From positions 1 through 31,405 of the forward strand of contig DALYKJ010000064.1 in assembly GCA_031969375.1 (NCBI GenBank): DNA of 31,405 nt, written 5' to 3'. Below, piece by piece: positions 1 through 11,199 of this stretch (positions are counted from its first letter, which is position 1; each line of letters begins with the position of its first letter). Below the pieces are notes generated by a model. The model had not been told where the DNA came from and did no database searches. It saw nothing but the letters and a program-made list of their open reading frames with translations. A program made the position numbers and the translations under genes. The stretch is from Coleofasciculaceae cyanobacterium CTOTU46645 (GTDB lineage: Bacteria; Cyanobacteriota; Cyanobacteriia; Cyanobacteriales; Coleofasciculaceae).

Positions 1-21
1 TTCTGACTGAGACTGGCTATC

Positions 22-423
22 TTGTCCACTGTTGTCCAGTGTTTAGCGGATAGCCCCCAAAGGGAAAGCGACCGCTTGCACCGAGCTAGCCGTGCTGGTA
101 ACACTGCTAGTCCGATGACTTCCACTCCACAGAATCAGCCTATGGAGGGCAAATTTATGTTGACATATAATAGCCAAAACTTAAACCCTGGCGGGAACTA
201 TCCCGCTGGGGTTGGTTTGTTTCATCGGGGATGTGGACGAAAAACCCGCCCCAAACCTTGGGCGATTGCCAAGATAGGAATCGTACAAGGTAACCGCATT
301 GCCCACCGATTTGCCAACCGCCAAGATGCCGATGATACCCTGAGATTCCTGCAACGTTACAGCCCAATTGGTAATCTATTTGTGGTGATTTTTGATCCGG
401 AGGTAAACGAGCAGGAAATTTAA
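22..423 (+). CDS. Hypothetical protein. The true start may be an internal Met (MEGKF or MLTYN). It could be a non-coding leader instead.
   Basis: Six-frame ORF of 133 aa. I recognise no family motif in the translation. It is followed directly by a MITE. It sits 3' of the minus-strand nifVZT operon. Confidence 0.25.
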   Translation: MSTVVQCLADSPQRESDRLHRASRAGNTASPMTSTPQNQPMEGKFMLTYNSQNLNPGGNYPAGVGLFHRGCGRKTRPKPWAIAKIGIVQGNRIAHRFANRQDADDTLRFLQRYSPIGNLFVVIFDPEVNEQEI

Positions 424-461
424 GCGATTCATTACTACTAACTCAAGTTGTTAGTTAACGT

Positions 462-597
462 AAGTTGCTAGTTACAAATATTGACTGTTAGATCCCCCCT
501 AGCCCCCCTTTTTAAGGGGGGAAATAGATTCAAAGTCCCCCTTAAAAAGGGGGATTTAGGGGGATCGACAAGATCTAAACTCATAACTAGCAACTTG
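462..597. mobile_element. MITE-like element, copy A, about 136 bp. It has 13-bp terminal inverted repeats AAGTTGCTAGTTA / TAACTAGCAACTT. Its subterminal repeats are GATCCCCCCTAGCCCCCC / GGGGGATTTAGGGGGATC. The interior holds G5/C5 hairpins (CCCCCTTAAAAAGGGGG).
   Basis: Inverted terminal sequences read directly from the sequence. The same termini and internal hairpin units recur at 17084-17389 and, degenerate, at 19628-19810. No coding capacity. Confidence 0.8.
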
Positions 598-688
598 GGT
601 TATATAGTTGATACTCCCCACGAAAAAGCGACGGGGCTTCCAGCCTTACCGCCGCTTTTTTCTAACGCTAGGTTGGAGTGTCAAGAAT

Positions 689-892
689 CTAACTTAAGCG
701 TTTGGCTTCTACCGTCTGCGGTAATTTTAATGGCTCCATTAAATTACTAAGTTCTAATTCCCAACCATTAGCTAAAGTCAAAATTTTATTTCCATTTAAG
801 TCTGTCTCGCTCACTACTTCCTCTTCCAAGTCTTTCTTCGCCACATAAGCCATTAATTTGCCAGTTGTCCCGCGACGTAACATTACTTTCAT
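689..892 (-). CDS. nifT: NifT/FixU, a small nitrogen-fixation protein
   Basis: The 67-aa ORF starts MKVMLRRGTTGKL and contains YVAKKDLEEEVVS and a C-terminal LPQTVEAKRL. This matches the NifT/FixU family signature (Azotobacter NifT: MIRR..G.L..YIAKKDLEEPVVS...VEARRL). It lies immediately downstream of nifZ on the same strand. Confidence 0.9.
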   Translation of the reverse strand: MKVMLRRGTTGKLMAYVAKKDLEEEVVSETDLNGNKILTLANGWELELSNLMEPLKLPQTVEAKRLS

Positions 893-904
893 CTTTGAAT
901 TACC

Positions 905-1171
905 TCAAACTCCGGTTTCTACTGCTTCTAATTCTTTGCCACGACAACCGATAACATAGCCTGTTCCCAGAAAATGGACGGCGTAAATATAGGAATTCTG
1001 CAAAAATGTTCCGATAGAAATTACATAGCCAATTTCCCCTTTTTTTGCTAAAGTTGCTCCAATTTCTTGACCTGGAAAAGTGCCATCATTACGGATTAAC
1101 TTCCTCGTTTTGACTTTTTCCCCAATTTCAAAACGTGGCGGCAAGTCAAGTTCTAATTCATCTGGCTGCAT
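905..1171 (-). CDS. nifZ: NifZ
   Basis: The 88-aa ORF has the NifZ motifs PRFEIGEKV..IRNDGTFPG, KKGEIGYV, FLQ..YIYAVHF and IGCRGKELE. It lies 4 bp downstream of nifV on the same strand. Confidence 0.9.
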   Translation of the reverse strand: MQPDELELDLPPRFEIGEKVKTRKLIRNDGTFPGQEIGATLAKKGEIGYVISIGTFLQNSYIYAVHFLGTGYVIGCRGKELEAVETGV

Positions 1172-1175
1172 GGAT

Positions 1176-2309
1176 TTACCTCACTTGGAGAACTAAATTT
1201 AGGAGTTCTTCATCAGTAATACTGTGCTTAGATTGTACGGCGCGATCGCGGACTGCTTGTAAAAGTGACTCTGTTTGTTCCCTGTTAAGCGTTACGCCAC
1301 GTTCTGCCATAAAATTGTTAATTAAGTGTTTACCGGAATGTTTTCCCACTACCAAACGGCGTTCCCATCCGACATCTTTGGGGTCAAAAGGTTCGTATGT
1401 GAGGGGGTTTTGTAGGACTCCATGGGCGTGGATACCTGATTCGTGGGCAAAGGTATTTTCTCCGACAATTGCTTTCCAAGGTGGCACGGGACAATTAGAA
1501 GCTTTTGCAACCATACGAGACAATTCTAGTAGATGTTTGGTATCGATACCAACATCAATTTTATAGATACACTTCAGTGCCATTACTACTTCTTCTAATG
1601 CCGCATTCCCTGCTCTTTCTCCTAACCCATTGACAGTAGTATTTACTGATAATGCACCTGCTTTAATTCCAGCTAAGGCATTAGCAGTTGCCAATCCCAA
1701 ATCGTTATGAGTGTGCATCTCGACGGGAATAGATAGGAAAAAGACAAGTTTGCTGACTTTTTGATAAGTAGTGATGGGATCGAGAATCCCGACTGTATCG
1801 CAAAATCGAAATCTAAAAGCACCCCATTCTTGGGCTGCTAAGGCTACATCTAAGAGGAAATTTTCATCAGCTCTAGAAGAATCTTCGCCGCCAACTGATA
1901 TCGCTAATCCACAATCGAGGGCATAGTTAATGGTATCTCGCAACCGTTCCAACATTGTCCGCCACTGTCCGTGAAATTTGGCAGCTATTTGGATTTCCGA
2001 GACGGGTACAGAGATATGTACTCGCTGCAAACCGCAGGCGATAGAAGCGCGAATATCCGATGCTACAGCACGATTCCAGCCTAGTAGTTTAGCATTCAGA
2101 CCGAGATCTGCGATCGCTCGAATTGCTTTGGCTTCATCTTGTCCCATGACAGGAATACCAACTTCTAATTCTTGCACGCCGATGGCATCGAGAAAAGTTG
2201 CGATCGCAACTTTTTCTTCCACATTAAAAGCAACCCCTGCTGCTTGTTCCCCATCTCGCAGGGTAGTATCGTTAATCTGAATCGCTTTAGTTATAGTTGG
2301 TTCCTTCAT
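1176..2309 (-). CDS. nifV: Homocitrate synthase NifV (HMGL-like / IPMS family)
   Basis: 377 aa. The N-terminal TLRDGEQ motif and the HTHNDLGLATANALAGIKAGA motif are typical of homocitrate and isopropylmalate synthases. The nifV-nifZ-nifT order is diagnostic. Confidence 0.92.
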   Translation of the reverse strand: MKEPTITKAIQINDTTLRDGEQAAGVAFNVEEKVAIATFLDAIGVQELEVGIPVMGQDEAKAIRAIADLGLNAKLLGWNRAVASDIRASIACGLQRVHISVPVSEIQIAAKFHGQWRTMLERLRDTINYALDCGLAISVGGEDSSRADENFLLDVALAAQEWGAFRFRFCDTVGILDPITTYQKVSKLVFFLSIPVEMHTHNDLGLATANALAGIKAGALSVNTTVNGLGERAGNAALEEVVMALKCIYKIDVGIDTKHLLELSRMVAKASNCPVPPWKAIVGENTFAHESGIHAHGVLQNPLTYEPFDPKDVGWERRLVVGKHSGKHLINNFMAERGVTLNREQTESLLQAVRDRAVQSKHSITDEELLNLVLQVR

Positions 2310-2380
2310 TTTTACCCCTCAATGGATGCACCATTAACTACCAGATTTTCTTGTCCTTATTCATTGTCTTCTTTCTTAAA

Positions 2381-3142
2381 TTAATCACCCTTAACGACTG
2401 AGATTTTCATACTCATTAATAGTTCTTCTAATTGCTCAATCCGATCTAATAATCTGCGGATCTCGATCGCTTCCACATCCGGGATTTGTCCATGTTCCAG
2501 AGGATTATTTAGCTGAGGAAAAGGACAAATATTTCTCCCAGGAATTCCTACTACTGTACATTCTGATGGGACATCTTTTAAGACAATGGAACCTGCACCA
2601 ATCCGCACATTATCGCCAATGTTAATATTACCCAAAACTTTTGCCCCAGCACCGACAACAACAGAGTTACCAAGAGTCGGATGACGCTTACCACTTTCTT
2701 TGCCCGTCCCCCCCAGAGTCACGCCCTGATAAATTAGCGTGTAATCTCCCACAATTGCTGTTTCCCCAATTACTACTCCCATCCCATGATCGATAAATAC
2801 TCCCTTTCCCATCACTGCACCAGGGTGAATCTCAATACCTGTAAACAACCGTGTCAGGAAAGAAATCAGACGAGGGAAAAACGGAATTTTTTGATTGTGT
2901 AACCAGTGGGAAATCCGATGGAGTTCCAAAGCGTGAAACCCTGGATACAAACAAATAACTTCCAGCCAATTACGAGCCGCAGGATCCCGCTCAAAAATAA
3001 TCTGGAAATCAACTTTGATTGTTTGCCACCAGTTGAGAAATGAATAATGTACTGCTGCTTGAGGAGTTTTACCACCTTCAGCATACAGTTTTTCTGGTGC
3101 AATGGGTTTAACTGCTAACCAAGGGGCAAAAGTCTGTAACAT
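2381..3142 (-). CDS. cysE: Serine O-acetyltransferase (nif-associated cysE/nifP)
   Basis: 253 aa. The C-terminal left-handed beta-helix carries hexapeptide repeats (GETAIVGDYTLIYQGVTLGG...GAGAKVLGNINIGDNVRIGAGSIV). The N-terminus is SAT-like. It sits directly upstream of nifV, as in other cyanobacterial nif clusters. Confidence 0.88.
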   Translation of the reverse strand: MLQTFAPWLAVKPIAPEKLYAEGGKTPQAAVHYSFLNWWQTIKVDFQIIFERDPAARNWLEVICLYPGFHALELHRISHWLHNQKIPFFPRLISFLTRLFTGIEIHPGAVMGKGVFIDHGMGVVIGETAIVGDYTLIYQGVTLGGTGKESGKRHPTLGNSVVVGAGAKVLGNINIGDNVRIGAGSIVLKDVPSECTVVGIPGRNICPFPQLNNPLEHGQIPDVEAIEIRRLLDRIEQLEELLMSMKISVVKGD

Positions 3143-4339
3143 TGCTTTCCGGGGATTGAAAAAGCCATAATCTTTATCTCCTGCTTATATCAGATCCTTA
3201 AAACTTAGGCAGTTTACCTCACCCAGATTAAACTAATTAAAATAATTAAAACTGTACTCATGCCCTGAATTCCTTGATACTCAAGGGATTATTTTTTTTT
3301 TCGGGCTATAGGTACGAGTATTTTTGCCTATAGGGATGAGTATTTATCGACCAGGAAATCAGTATTTATGCACTCAGGCACAAATCCCCTGTTTGTAAGT
3401 ATTTGAGGCTATTTTTGTGGTTACCCTGGAGGATAAAAAGATTGTACTCATATCTGAAAACAGCGGTATCAGTGAGTTGGATCAATTTTAAAGTTTTTGT
3501 ATATCTAATTACTTTTTCCCAGTAAATGTCTTAAAGTAGAAGTAGCAAAGATAATTTTTGTGCAGAACTTGCTCTAACAACAATATCAAAATCAAATTTA
3601 TTTCTGTATCGCAAGCTACAAGTTAAATAAAATGTTAAGGAACGATCAAAAAAGACCAAAACAAACAAAAAAATGATATCTTAGATACAGAATTAAATTT
3701 TCAAAAAAGTATGGAGTTCTGAGTACAAGTCAAACTAGTTCAAAAATCATAAAAAACACCATCAAACCATTATGGAAACTGGGTTTGAGCTGAGTACAGG
3801 AATACCCAATATCCACCACATAAATACTTGTACCTCAAGGAAAAAATACTCGTACCTATAGCCCAAAAAATTTTTTCAAATTTCTTTGCTGCCCATCCCA
3901 TAAGGATTAGCGGGTTTTGAGTACAGCCTTAATCAATTTAATAAGTTTTATCCCTAGCCGTCTTTTCCCTCCTCAATTTCGCGGCTGCTATAAATTTCAT
4001 AACGCCAGATGCTTAACCCGCCAAAGGTAATCGGTATTTGGGAGTTGGTAAATTCAAACCTTACCAAAAGCCAAATAACCAATGGATTCTGGGAGAAGTT
4101 AATGGAGACAAATTGGACTAGGACATGTTTTCTATTCTTTGTGGGGGCGTTTTCCTTTGCGTTTAGATACAAAACCTTGTGTTTAAGCGATGAATTATCG
4201 CCCAAATGCAATTCCTTCTATTGCTACTCCTTTACTACTGCCACACCATCAACTCGCATTTGAAGGAACGCCCCCTCAATTTATCACTTTGAAGACACGC
4301 TCTAGCCTCGTCATCAATGAATAAACAAAATAATTACGT
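3143..4339. promoter_or_regulatory. Divergent cysE-nifV / nifB intergenic control region of 1.2 kb. It is AT-rich. A 23-bp inverted-repeat pair (3303-3325 versus 3842-3864) flanks about 540 bp. The octamer TGAGTACA / TGTACTCA is iterated at 3253, 3443, 3720, 3791 and 3918.
   Basis: No credible ORF is present; the 84/85-aa ORFs at 3954-4263 overlap each other antisense and look spurious. The repeats were read directly from the sequence. The position between divergently transcribed nif operons implies promoters and activator sites. Confidence 0.6.
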
Positions 4340-5845
4340 TTGTTCATATTTCCTGTAGCATTTACCAGTCAACTTAATCCCAGAAATTCAATGACACCTC
4401 AATCTGGAACCCTCACTAAACCAAGCACAATTCAATCTAGCGGCTGTAGTTCTTCTAGCTGTGGCACTTCTACTGAAGGAATTGATGAAAAACTAAAAAA
4501 GCGGATTGAAACCCACCCTTGTTATAGCGAAGAAGCACATCATCACTATGCCAGGATGCACGTTGCCGTTGCCCCTGCTTGCAATATTCAATGTAATTAT
4601 TGTAATCGCAAATACGACTGTGCTAACGAAAGTCGTCCCGGCGTAGTTAGTGAATTACTGACACCTGAAGAAGCAGCCCATAAAGTATTAGTAATTGCCG
4701 GGAAAATTCCCCAGATGACAGTGTTAGGAATTGCTGGACCTGGTGACCCCCTAGCAAACCCTGAAAAAACCTTCAAAACCTTTGAATTAATTGCCGACAA
4801 AGCCCCAGATATCAAACTTTGTCTATCTACTAATGGTTTGATGTTACCCGATTACGTGGATCGGATTAAGCAACTCAATGTGGATCACGTCACCATTACT
4901 ATTAATATGGTGGAACCAGAAATCGGGACACAAATCTATCCTTGGGTGCGCTATAGAAACAAGCGCTACACAGGTATTGAAGCCGCCCGGATTCTCCACG
5001 AAAGACAAATGGAAGGCTTGCAAGCACTTCAAGAAGCCGATATCCTTTGTAAAGTGAACTCAGTCATGATTCCGGGAATTAATGACCATCATTTACCCGC
5101 AGTAAATGAAGTTATTCGTTCCAAAGGGGCATTTCTCCACAATATTATGCCCCTAATCTCGGCACCAGAACATGGTACATATTTCGGTTTAAATGGTCAA
5201 CGCGGTCCAACACCAAAAGAACTGAAAACAGTGCAAGATAACTGTGCTGGCAACATGAAAATGATGCGCCACTGTCGTCAATGTCGAGCCGATGCTGTTG
5301 GTTTATTAGGTGAAGATCGCAGCCAAGAATTTACTAAAGATAAATTCTTAGAAATGGAGCCAGAGTACAATATTGAAGCACGGCAAGAAGTTCATGCTGA
5401 CATTAAGAAGTTCAAAGAAGAACTGAAATTAGCCAAAGCCAAAATCAAGCCAACTCAAAAAGTGGCTGACAGTCCTAAAATTCTCGTTGCAGTAGCCACT
5501 AAAGGCGGCGGGTTAGTGAATCAACACTTTGGTCATGCCAAAGAATTCCAAATTTACGAAGTAGATGCTAACGAAGCCAAATTTGTTGGTCATCGCAAAA
5601 TAGATCATTACTGCCAAAGCGGTTATGGCGAGGAAGCTACTTTAGAACACACGATTAAAGCCATCTCTGATTGCAAAGCGATTCTCGTTTCTAAAGTAGG
5701 CGAATGTCCCAAAGCAGATTTACAAGCAGCGGGTTTAATTGTGGTAGAAGCTTACGACGTAATTGAGAAAGTTGCCCGGGCATTTTATGACCTCCATATT
5801 CTCAAAACAGCTAATCCCATTCCTGAGATTGTCGGTTGTTTGTAA
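4340..5845 (+). CDS. nifB: FeMo-cofactor biosynthesis radical-SAM protein NifB, with the C-terminal NifX/NafY-like domain. The likely true start is the ATG at 4391 (MTPQSG...).
   Basis: The radical-SAM cluster motif [14 protein letters not shown] and the motifs [29 protein letters not shown] and [10 protein letters not shown] are present. The C-terminal about 100 aa resemble the dinitrogenase FeMo-cofactor-binding domain. Confidence 0.93.
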   Translation: MFIFPVAFTSQLNPRNSMTPQSGTLTKPSTIQSSGCSSSSCGTSTEGIDEKLKKRIETHPCYSEEAHHHYARMHVAVAPACNIQCNYCNRKYDCANESRPGVVSELLTPEEAAHKVLVIAGKIPQMTVLGIAGPGDPLANPEKTFKTFELIADKAPDIKLCLSTNGLMLPDYVDRIKQLNVDHVTITINMVEPEIGTQIYPWVRYRNKRYTGIEAARILHERQMEGLQALQEADILCKVNSVMIPGINDHHLPAVNEVIRSKGAFLHNIMPLISAPEHGTYFGLNGQRGPTPKELKTVQDNCAGNMKMMRHCRQCRADAVGLLGEDRSQEFTKDKFLEMEPEYNIEARQEVHADIKKFKEELKLAKAKIKPTQKVADSPKILVAVATKGGGLVNQHFGHAKEFQIYEVDANEAKFVGHRKIDHYCQSGYGEEATLEHTIKAISDCKAILVSKVGECPKADLQAAGLIVVEAYDVIEKVARAFYDLHILKTANPIPEIVGCL

Positions 5846-5881
5846 TTAACAAGTATTGTTCATTGGCATGAGGTATAGCAT

Positions 5882-5904
5882 TGCTAACTGCTAATTGCTA
5901 ATTG
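5882..5904. repeat. STRR-like heptamer tandem repeat (TGCTAAC/TGCTAAT, 3 units)
   Basis: Direct reading of the nifB-nifS spacer. Confidence 0.6.
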
Positions 5905-5996
5905 TGAATGGTGTACCTCATCCAATTGAAGATTCCTTACTAATTTCCAATTCTCTATTCCCTAGCCCTTCCCGCTGTAAATCTGAGGATAAGATC

Positions 5997-7205
5997 GTGT
6001 CAAATTGTATTTACCTAGACAACAACGCCACAACCAAAGTAGATCCCATAGTATTGGAAGCAATGCTACCCTACTTAACCGAAAATTATGGTAATCCCTC
6101 CAGTATGCACACCTTTGGAGGAAGAGTAGGAAAAGCAGTCAAACAAGCCAGAGAACAAGTAGCAGGTTTGTTAGGTGCCGATGATGTAGAAATTATCTTT
6201 ACCAGTTGCGGCAGTGAAAGCAATAATACAGCCATTAGAGCTGCATTAGCTGCCCAACCAAATAAACGACATATTATTACCACTCAAGTCGAACACGCCT
6301 CTGTCACTAATCTTTGCAAACATTTAGAAAAACAAGGTTACACAGTTACTTATCTATCTGTTAACCGTCAGGGGCAATTAGATTTAATGGAATTGGAAGC
6401 AGCATTAACTGGAAACACAGCCTTAGTTTCCACCATGTATGCTAACAACGAAACCGGGACAATTTTCCCCATCGAACAAATCGGTTCCTTGGCTAAAGAA
6501 TATGGTGCAACTTTCCACGTTGATGCAGTTCAAGCCGTAGGTAAAGTTCCTCTCAATATGAAGAACAGTACCATTGACTTACTAACTCTATCCGGACATA
6601 AATTACACGCCCCTAAAGGTATTGGTGCTTTATATGTCCGCAGAGGTTTCCACTTCCGTCCATTACTAATAGGTGGACATCAGGAACGGGGACGGAGAGC
6701 TGGAACCGAAAATGTACCAGGAATAATTGCTTTAGGGAAAGCCGCTGAACTCGAATTATTACACATACCAGAAGCAACAAAACGGCAAAATCAATTAAGA
6801 AATCGCCTAGAACAAAACCTCCTCCTGAATATTCCTGATTGTGAAGTAAATGGCGACACAGCCCATCGCTTACCTAACACTACTAATATTGGCTTTAAAT
6901 ACATTGAAGGTGAAGCAATTTTACTTTCATTAGACAAATACGGAATTTGCGCTTCTTCTGGTTCCGCTTGCACTTCTGGATCTTTAGAACCCTCTCACGT
7001 TTTACGTGCCATGGGCTTACCCTATACAATCCTTCACGGTTCCATTCGATTCAGTCTTAGCCGTTACACCACTGATGCGGAAATAGATCTAATTTTAACT
7101 GTAATGCCAGGAATTATCGAACGTCTCCGTGCCCTTTCACCCTTCAACAATGACAATGCTGAATGGTTACAAGATAGAGAAGAAGCTGTAGCAGTTAGCA
7201 GATAA
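5997..7205 (+). CDS. nifS: Cysteine desulfurase NifS (class V aminotransferase). Probable GTG start at 5997; the ORF is open from 5895.
   Basis: CIYLDNNATTKVDP, the PLP-lysine region SGHKLHAPKGIGALYVR, and SSGSACTSGSLEPSHVL containing the active-site Cys. The N-terminal 34 codons of the open frame are unconserved. AGGATAAG lies 8 nt before the GTG. Confidence 0.9.
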   Translation: MSNCIYLDNNATTKVDPIVLEAMLPYLTENYGNPSSMHTFGGRVGKAVKQAREQVAGLLGADDVEIIFTSCGSESNNTAIRAALAAQPNKRHIITTQVEHASVTNLCKHLEKQGYTVTYLSVNRQGQLDLMELEAALTGNTALVSTMYANNETGTIFPIEQIGSLAKEYGATFHVDAVQAVGKVPLNMKNSTIDLLTLSGHKLHAPKGIGALYVRRGFHFRPLLIGGHQERGRRAGTENVPGIIALGKAAELELLHIPEATKRQNQLRNRLEQNLLLNIPDCEVNGDTAHRLPNTTNIGFKYIEGEAILLSLDKYGICASSGSACTSGSLEPSHVLRAMGLPYTILHGSIRFSLSRYTTDAEIDLILTVMPGIIERLRALSPFNNDNAEWLQDREEAVAVSR

Positions 7206-7224
7206 AACAGACAAAAAAGTAGGT

Positions 7225-7280
7225 CTGAACTCCGAATTCCGAACTCCGAACTCTGAACTCCGAACTCCGAACTCCCAATT
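7225..7280. repeat. STRR heptamer tandem repeat (CCGAACT/CTGAACT family, 8 units)
   Basis: ctgaact ccgaatt ccgaact ccgaact ctgaact ccgaact ccgaact cccaatt, read directly between nifS and nifU. Confidence 0.85.
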
Positions 7281-7308
7281 ACCACTTCATTTAATTTGGA
7301 AAACTGAT

Positions 7309-8214
7309 ATGTGGGACTACACCGAAAAAGTATTAGACTTATTCTATAACCCAAAAAACCAAGGGGCGATAGAAGACAACAACGAACCAGGAATTGCCGT
7401 AGTATTTGGCGAAGTAGGTAGTATTGCTTGCGGTGATGCTTTAAGACTTCATCTGAAAATAGACCAAGAACAAGATACAATTCTGGATTCTCGTTTTCAA
7501 ACCTTTGGTTGCACCAGTGCTATTGCTTCCTCTTCTGCTTTAACAGAATTAGTTAAAGGCTTAACATTAGATCAAGCATTAAAAGTCACCAATAAAGAAA
7601 TTGCTGATTTCTTAGGTGGTTTACCAGAAGCGAAAATGCACTGTTCTGTGATGGGACAAGAAGCATTAGAAGCAGCAATTTATAAATATCGCGGCATTGA
7701 AATCGAAGAACACGCTGAAGATGATGGCGCTTTAATTTGTACTTGCTTTGGTATCAGCGAACCGAAAATTCGGCGGGTAATTGTTGAAAATAACTTGACT
7801 ACAGCAGAACAAGTAACGAGCTATGTTAAAGCTGGTGGTGGTTGTGGTTCTTGTTTATCTGGCATCGATGATGTAATTGCTGAAGTCCTCAAAGATAAAG
7901 CCAATATCACCAAAGTTGCTAATGAGATTGTCTTTGCTAAAGATCGAAATCAGCAGGGATCAGGACAAACTCTAACAACAGTGCAAAAGATTTCCCTAAT
8001 TCAGAAAGTCTTACTAGAAGATGTGCGCCCATTACTAGTCGCAGATGGAGGTGATGTAGAACTTTACGATGTCGAAGGAGATATTGTCAAAGTCTTCCTT
8101 AAAGGCGCTTGCGGTTCTTGTCCTAGCAGTACCTCAACTCTGAAAGGACTAATCGAAACTACCCTAAAAGAGAAAGTCTTATCCAGTTTAGTAGTTCAAG
8201 ACATCTCCCACTAA
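7309..8214 (+). CDS. nifU: Fe-S cluster scaffold NifU. It has three domains: an N-terminal IscU-like domain, a central ferredoxin-like domain and a C-terminal Nfu domain.
   Basis: 301 aa. The N-terminal GSIACGDALRLHL and FGCTSAIASS are IscU-like. The central CTCFG...GGGCGSC is a [2Fe-2S] domain. The C-terminal GACGSCPSS is the Nfu CxxC motif. Confidence 0.93.
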   Translation: MWDYTEKVLDLFYNPKNQGAIEDNNEPGIAVVFGEVGSIACGDALRLHLKIDQEQDTILDSRFQTFGCTSAIASSSALTELVKGLTLDQALKVTNKEIADFLGGLPEAKMHCSVMGQEALEAAIYKYRGIEIEEHAEDDGALICTCFGISEPKIRRVIVENNLTTAEQVTSYVKAGGGCGSCLSGIDDVIAEVLKDKANITKVANEIVFAKDRNQQGSGQTLTTVQKISLIQKVLLEDVRPLLVADGGDVELYDVEGDIVKVFLKGACGSCPSSTSTLKGLIETTLKEKVLSSLVVQDISH

Positions 8215-8233
8215 AAAGTCAAAAGATCTTTTC

Positions 8234-8268
8234 AGCCAATTAGCGATTAGCCATTAGCCATTCCTAAC
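8234..8268. repeat. STRR-like heptamer repeat (TAGCCAT/TAGCGAT, about 5 units)
   Basis: agccaat tagcgat tagccat tagccat tcctaac in the nifU-nifH spacer. Confidence 0.7.
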
Positions 8269-8429
8269 TACCAGAATAATTATGAAAGTTCAAACAAGTT
8301 ACATAGATGCGCGTTCCCCCCCAAAGGGATAGGTTTCAGACTCCAACTTTCAGCATTGAAACTACTCTCTGAAACTGCCACATCACAACCTCTCCTCAAA
8401 CAACAAACCTATTCATTGATAAAGGATAA

Positions 8430-9338
<909 letters not shown>

Positions 9339-9372
9339 ACCCTAGATACTCATGTTTGGTAGGGTGGGGATT

Positions 9373-9420
9373 GCCAGCTAAAACTAAAGTTAGCTTTTCT
9401 GATTGCAGCAAGCAATACCC
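9373..9420 (+). other. Nested stem-loops in the nifH-nifD spacer: GGGGATTGC...GCAATACCCC enclosing AGCTAAaactaaagTTAGCT.
   Basis: Inverted repeats read directly. They lie immediately 3' of the nifH stop codon. Confidence 0.45.
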
Positions 9421-9504
9421 CATCCTCAAAAAAGGTTGAAACCCCAGTCGTCAGGGGATAAGGAAAAGAGGTATCAGGACTATTCTCTAATCCCCAATTC
9501 AAAA

Positions 9505-9539
9505 GTTCCTATTTTCTATTCCCTATTCCCTGTTCCCTA
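9505..9539. repeat. STRR-like heptamer repeat (TTCCCTA family, 5 units)
   Basis: gttccta ttttcta ttcccta ttccctg ttcccta, just upstream of the nifD start. Confidence 0.75.
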
Positions 9540-9565
9540 CTCACTCCATTCAGAGAGGCACACCT

Positions 9566-11041
9566 ATGAGTCCCATCGAATCCCCTACTCTTGAAGCTAA
9601 AGACTTAGTTGCAGAAAAGAAAGAACTGATTAAAGAAGCCTTATCAGTATATCCTGACAAAGCGAAGAAAAAACGGGAAAAACACCTCAACGTTTTTGAA
9701 GAAGGCAAATCAGATTGCGGCGTTAAGTCTAATATCAAATCTGTTCCCGGTTCCATGACTACTCGTGGCTGCGCCTACGCTGGTTCAAAAGGTGTAGTCT
9801 GGGGACCAATTAAAGACATGATTCACATTAGTCATGGTCCTGTAGGTTGCGGTTATTATTCTTGGTCAGGTCGTCGTAATTACTACATTGGCACCACAGG
9901 GATTGATACCTTCGGGACAATGCAATTTACCTCGGATTTCCAAGAACGAGACATCGTATTTGGTGGTGATAAAAAACTTGCCAAACTAATTACTGAATTA
10001 GAAGAACTATTCCCCCTAAATAGAGGTGTTTCTATTCAGTCCGAATGTCCGATTGGTTTAATTGGAGATGACATCGAAGCTGTTGCCAAAAAAGCCAGTA
10101 AAGAAATTGGTAAAACCGTTGTCCCTGTACGTTGTGAAGGCTTCCGAGGTGTATCTCAATCTCTCGGACACCACATCGCTAACGACGCTGTACGGGATTG
10201 GGTTTTCCCTCAAGCTGACAAGAAAAAGAAAGAATTAGGCATTGAAGGTACACCCTACGATGTGGCAATTATTGGAGATTACAACATCGGTGGTGATGCT
10301 TGGTCTAGCCGAATTCTCCTCGAAGAAATTGGCTTACGAGTAGTAGCTCAATGGTCCGGAGATGGCACGCTTCACGAAATGATGATGACTCCCACTGTGA
10401 AGCTAAATTTAGTTCACTGCTATCGTTCCATGAACTATATCAGCCGTCACATGGAAGAAGCTTATGGTATTCCCTGGTTAGAATATAACTTCTTTGGTCC
10501 AACTCAAATTGCAGCATCTCTGCGGGAAATTGCCAGTAAGTTTGACCAAACTATTCAAGACAACGCGGAAAAAGTTATTGCTAAGTACGAAGCCCAAACT
10601 AAGGCAGTACTTGATAAATTTTACCCCCGTTTAGAAGGGAAAACAGTTGCCCTAATGGTTGGTGGCTTGCGTCCCCGTCACGTCGTTCCCGCCTTCCACG
10701 ATTTGGGGATGAAATTGGTTGGTACTGGTTATGAATTTGGTCATAATGATGACTACAAACGGACGACTCATTACATCGAAAATGGCACGTTAATCTACGA
10801 TGACGTTTCCGCTTATGAGTTCGAGCATTTTGTCAAGGAACTGAAACCAGATTTAATCGCTTCCGGCATTAAAGAGAAGTATGTCTTCCAAAAAATGGCA
10901 CTTCCCTTCCGTCAGATGCACTCTTGGGATTACTCCGGTCCTTATCACGGTTACGATGGTTTCGCTATCTTTGCTCGCGACATGGATTTGGCCTTAAATA
11001 GCCCCACTTGGGACTTAATTGGCGCTCCTTGGAAGAAGTAA
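9566..11041 (+). CDS. nifD: Nitrogenase MoFe protein alpha subunit NifD. It is uninterrupted, with no excision element.
   Basis: 491 aa. The P-cluster and FeMoco ligand contexts are present ([26 protein letters not shown], and the [10 protein letters not shown] Cys that is the FeMoco ligand). The C-terminus is contiguous through [13 protein letters not shown]. Confidence 0.97.
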   Translation: MSPIESPTLEAKDLVAEKKELIKEALSVYPDKAKKKREKHLNVFEEGKSDCGVKSNIKSVPGSMTTRGCAYAGSKGVVWGPIKDMIHISHGPVGCGYYSWSGRRNYYIGTTGIDTFGTMQFTSDFQERDIVFGGDKKLAKLITELEELFPLNRGVSIQSECPIGLIGDDIEAVAKKASKEIGKTVVPVRCEGFRGVSQSLGHHIANDAVRDWVFPQADKKKKELGIEGTPYDVAIIGDYNIGGDAWSSRILLEEIGLRVVAQWSGDGTLHEMMMTPTVKLNLVHCYRSMNYISRHMEEAYGIPWLEYNFFGPTQIAASLREIASKFDQTIQDNAEKVIAKYEAQTKAVLDKFYPRLEGKTVALMVGGLRPRHVVPAFHDLGMKLVGTGYEFGHNDDYKRTTHYIENGTLIYDDVSAYEFEHFVKELKPDLIASGIKEKYVFQKMALPFRQMHSWDYSGPYHGYDGFAIFARDMDLALNSPTWDLIGAPWKK

Positions 11042-11199
11042 ACCACACAGAGTAGGGGAACACTACTAAGGATGGATTTAAAGTTTAAATTTCCCAAGAC
11101 TATCTCTTTACTTTCATCTTTAGTCCCTCCTCAATCCCCGTTTTTTGTTATTTCCAATTCCCTACACAACACTCCCCTATAAATATTGGAGAACGAGTC

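Noticed and set aside
481-750. 89-aa plus-strand ORF
   Set aside because: It is read entirely through the MITE hairpin units, and its tail is antisense to nifT. There is no RBS. It is an artefact of the repeat.
1135-2384. Several 70-143-aa plus-strand ORFs inside nifV
   Set aside because: They are antisense to a well-supported, motif-bearing nifV reading frame. They have no conserved motifs.
3954-4263. Overlapping 85-aa (minus) and 84-aa (plus) ORFs in the nifB upstream region
   Set aside because: They are mutually antisense. Their composition is low-complexity. They lie within the probable nifB leader/promoter. Neither has a family motif.
7225-7280. Heptamer arrays considered as possible CRISPR or phase-variation tracts within genes
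   Set aside because: They are intergenic STRR-type repeats typical of cyanobacteria. The 7-nt units are without spacers. Only the eno-adjacent copy touches a coding region.
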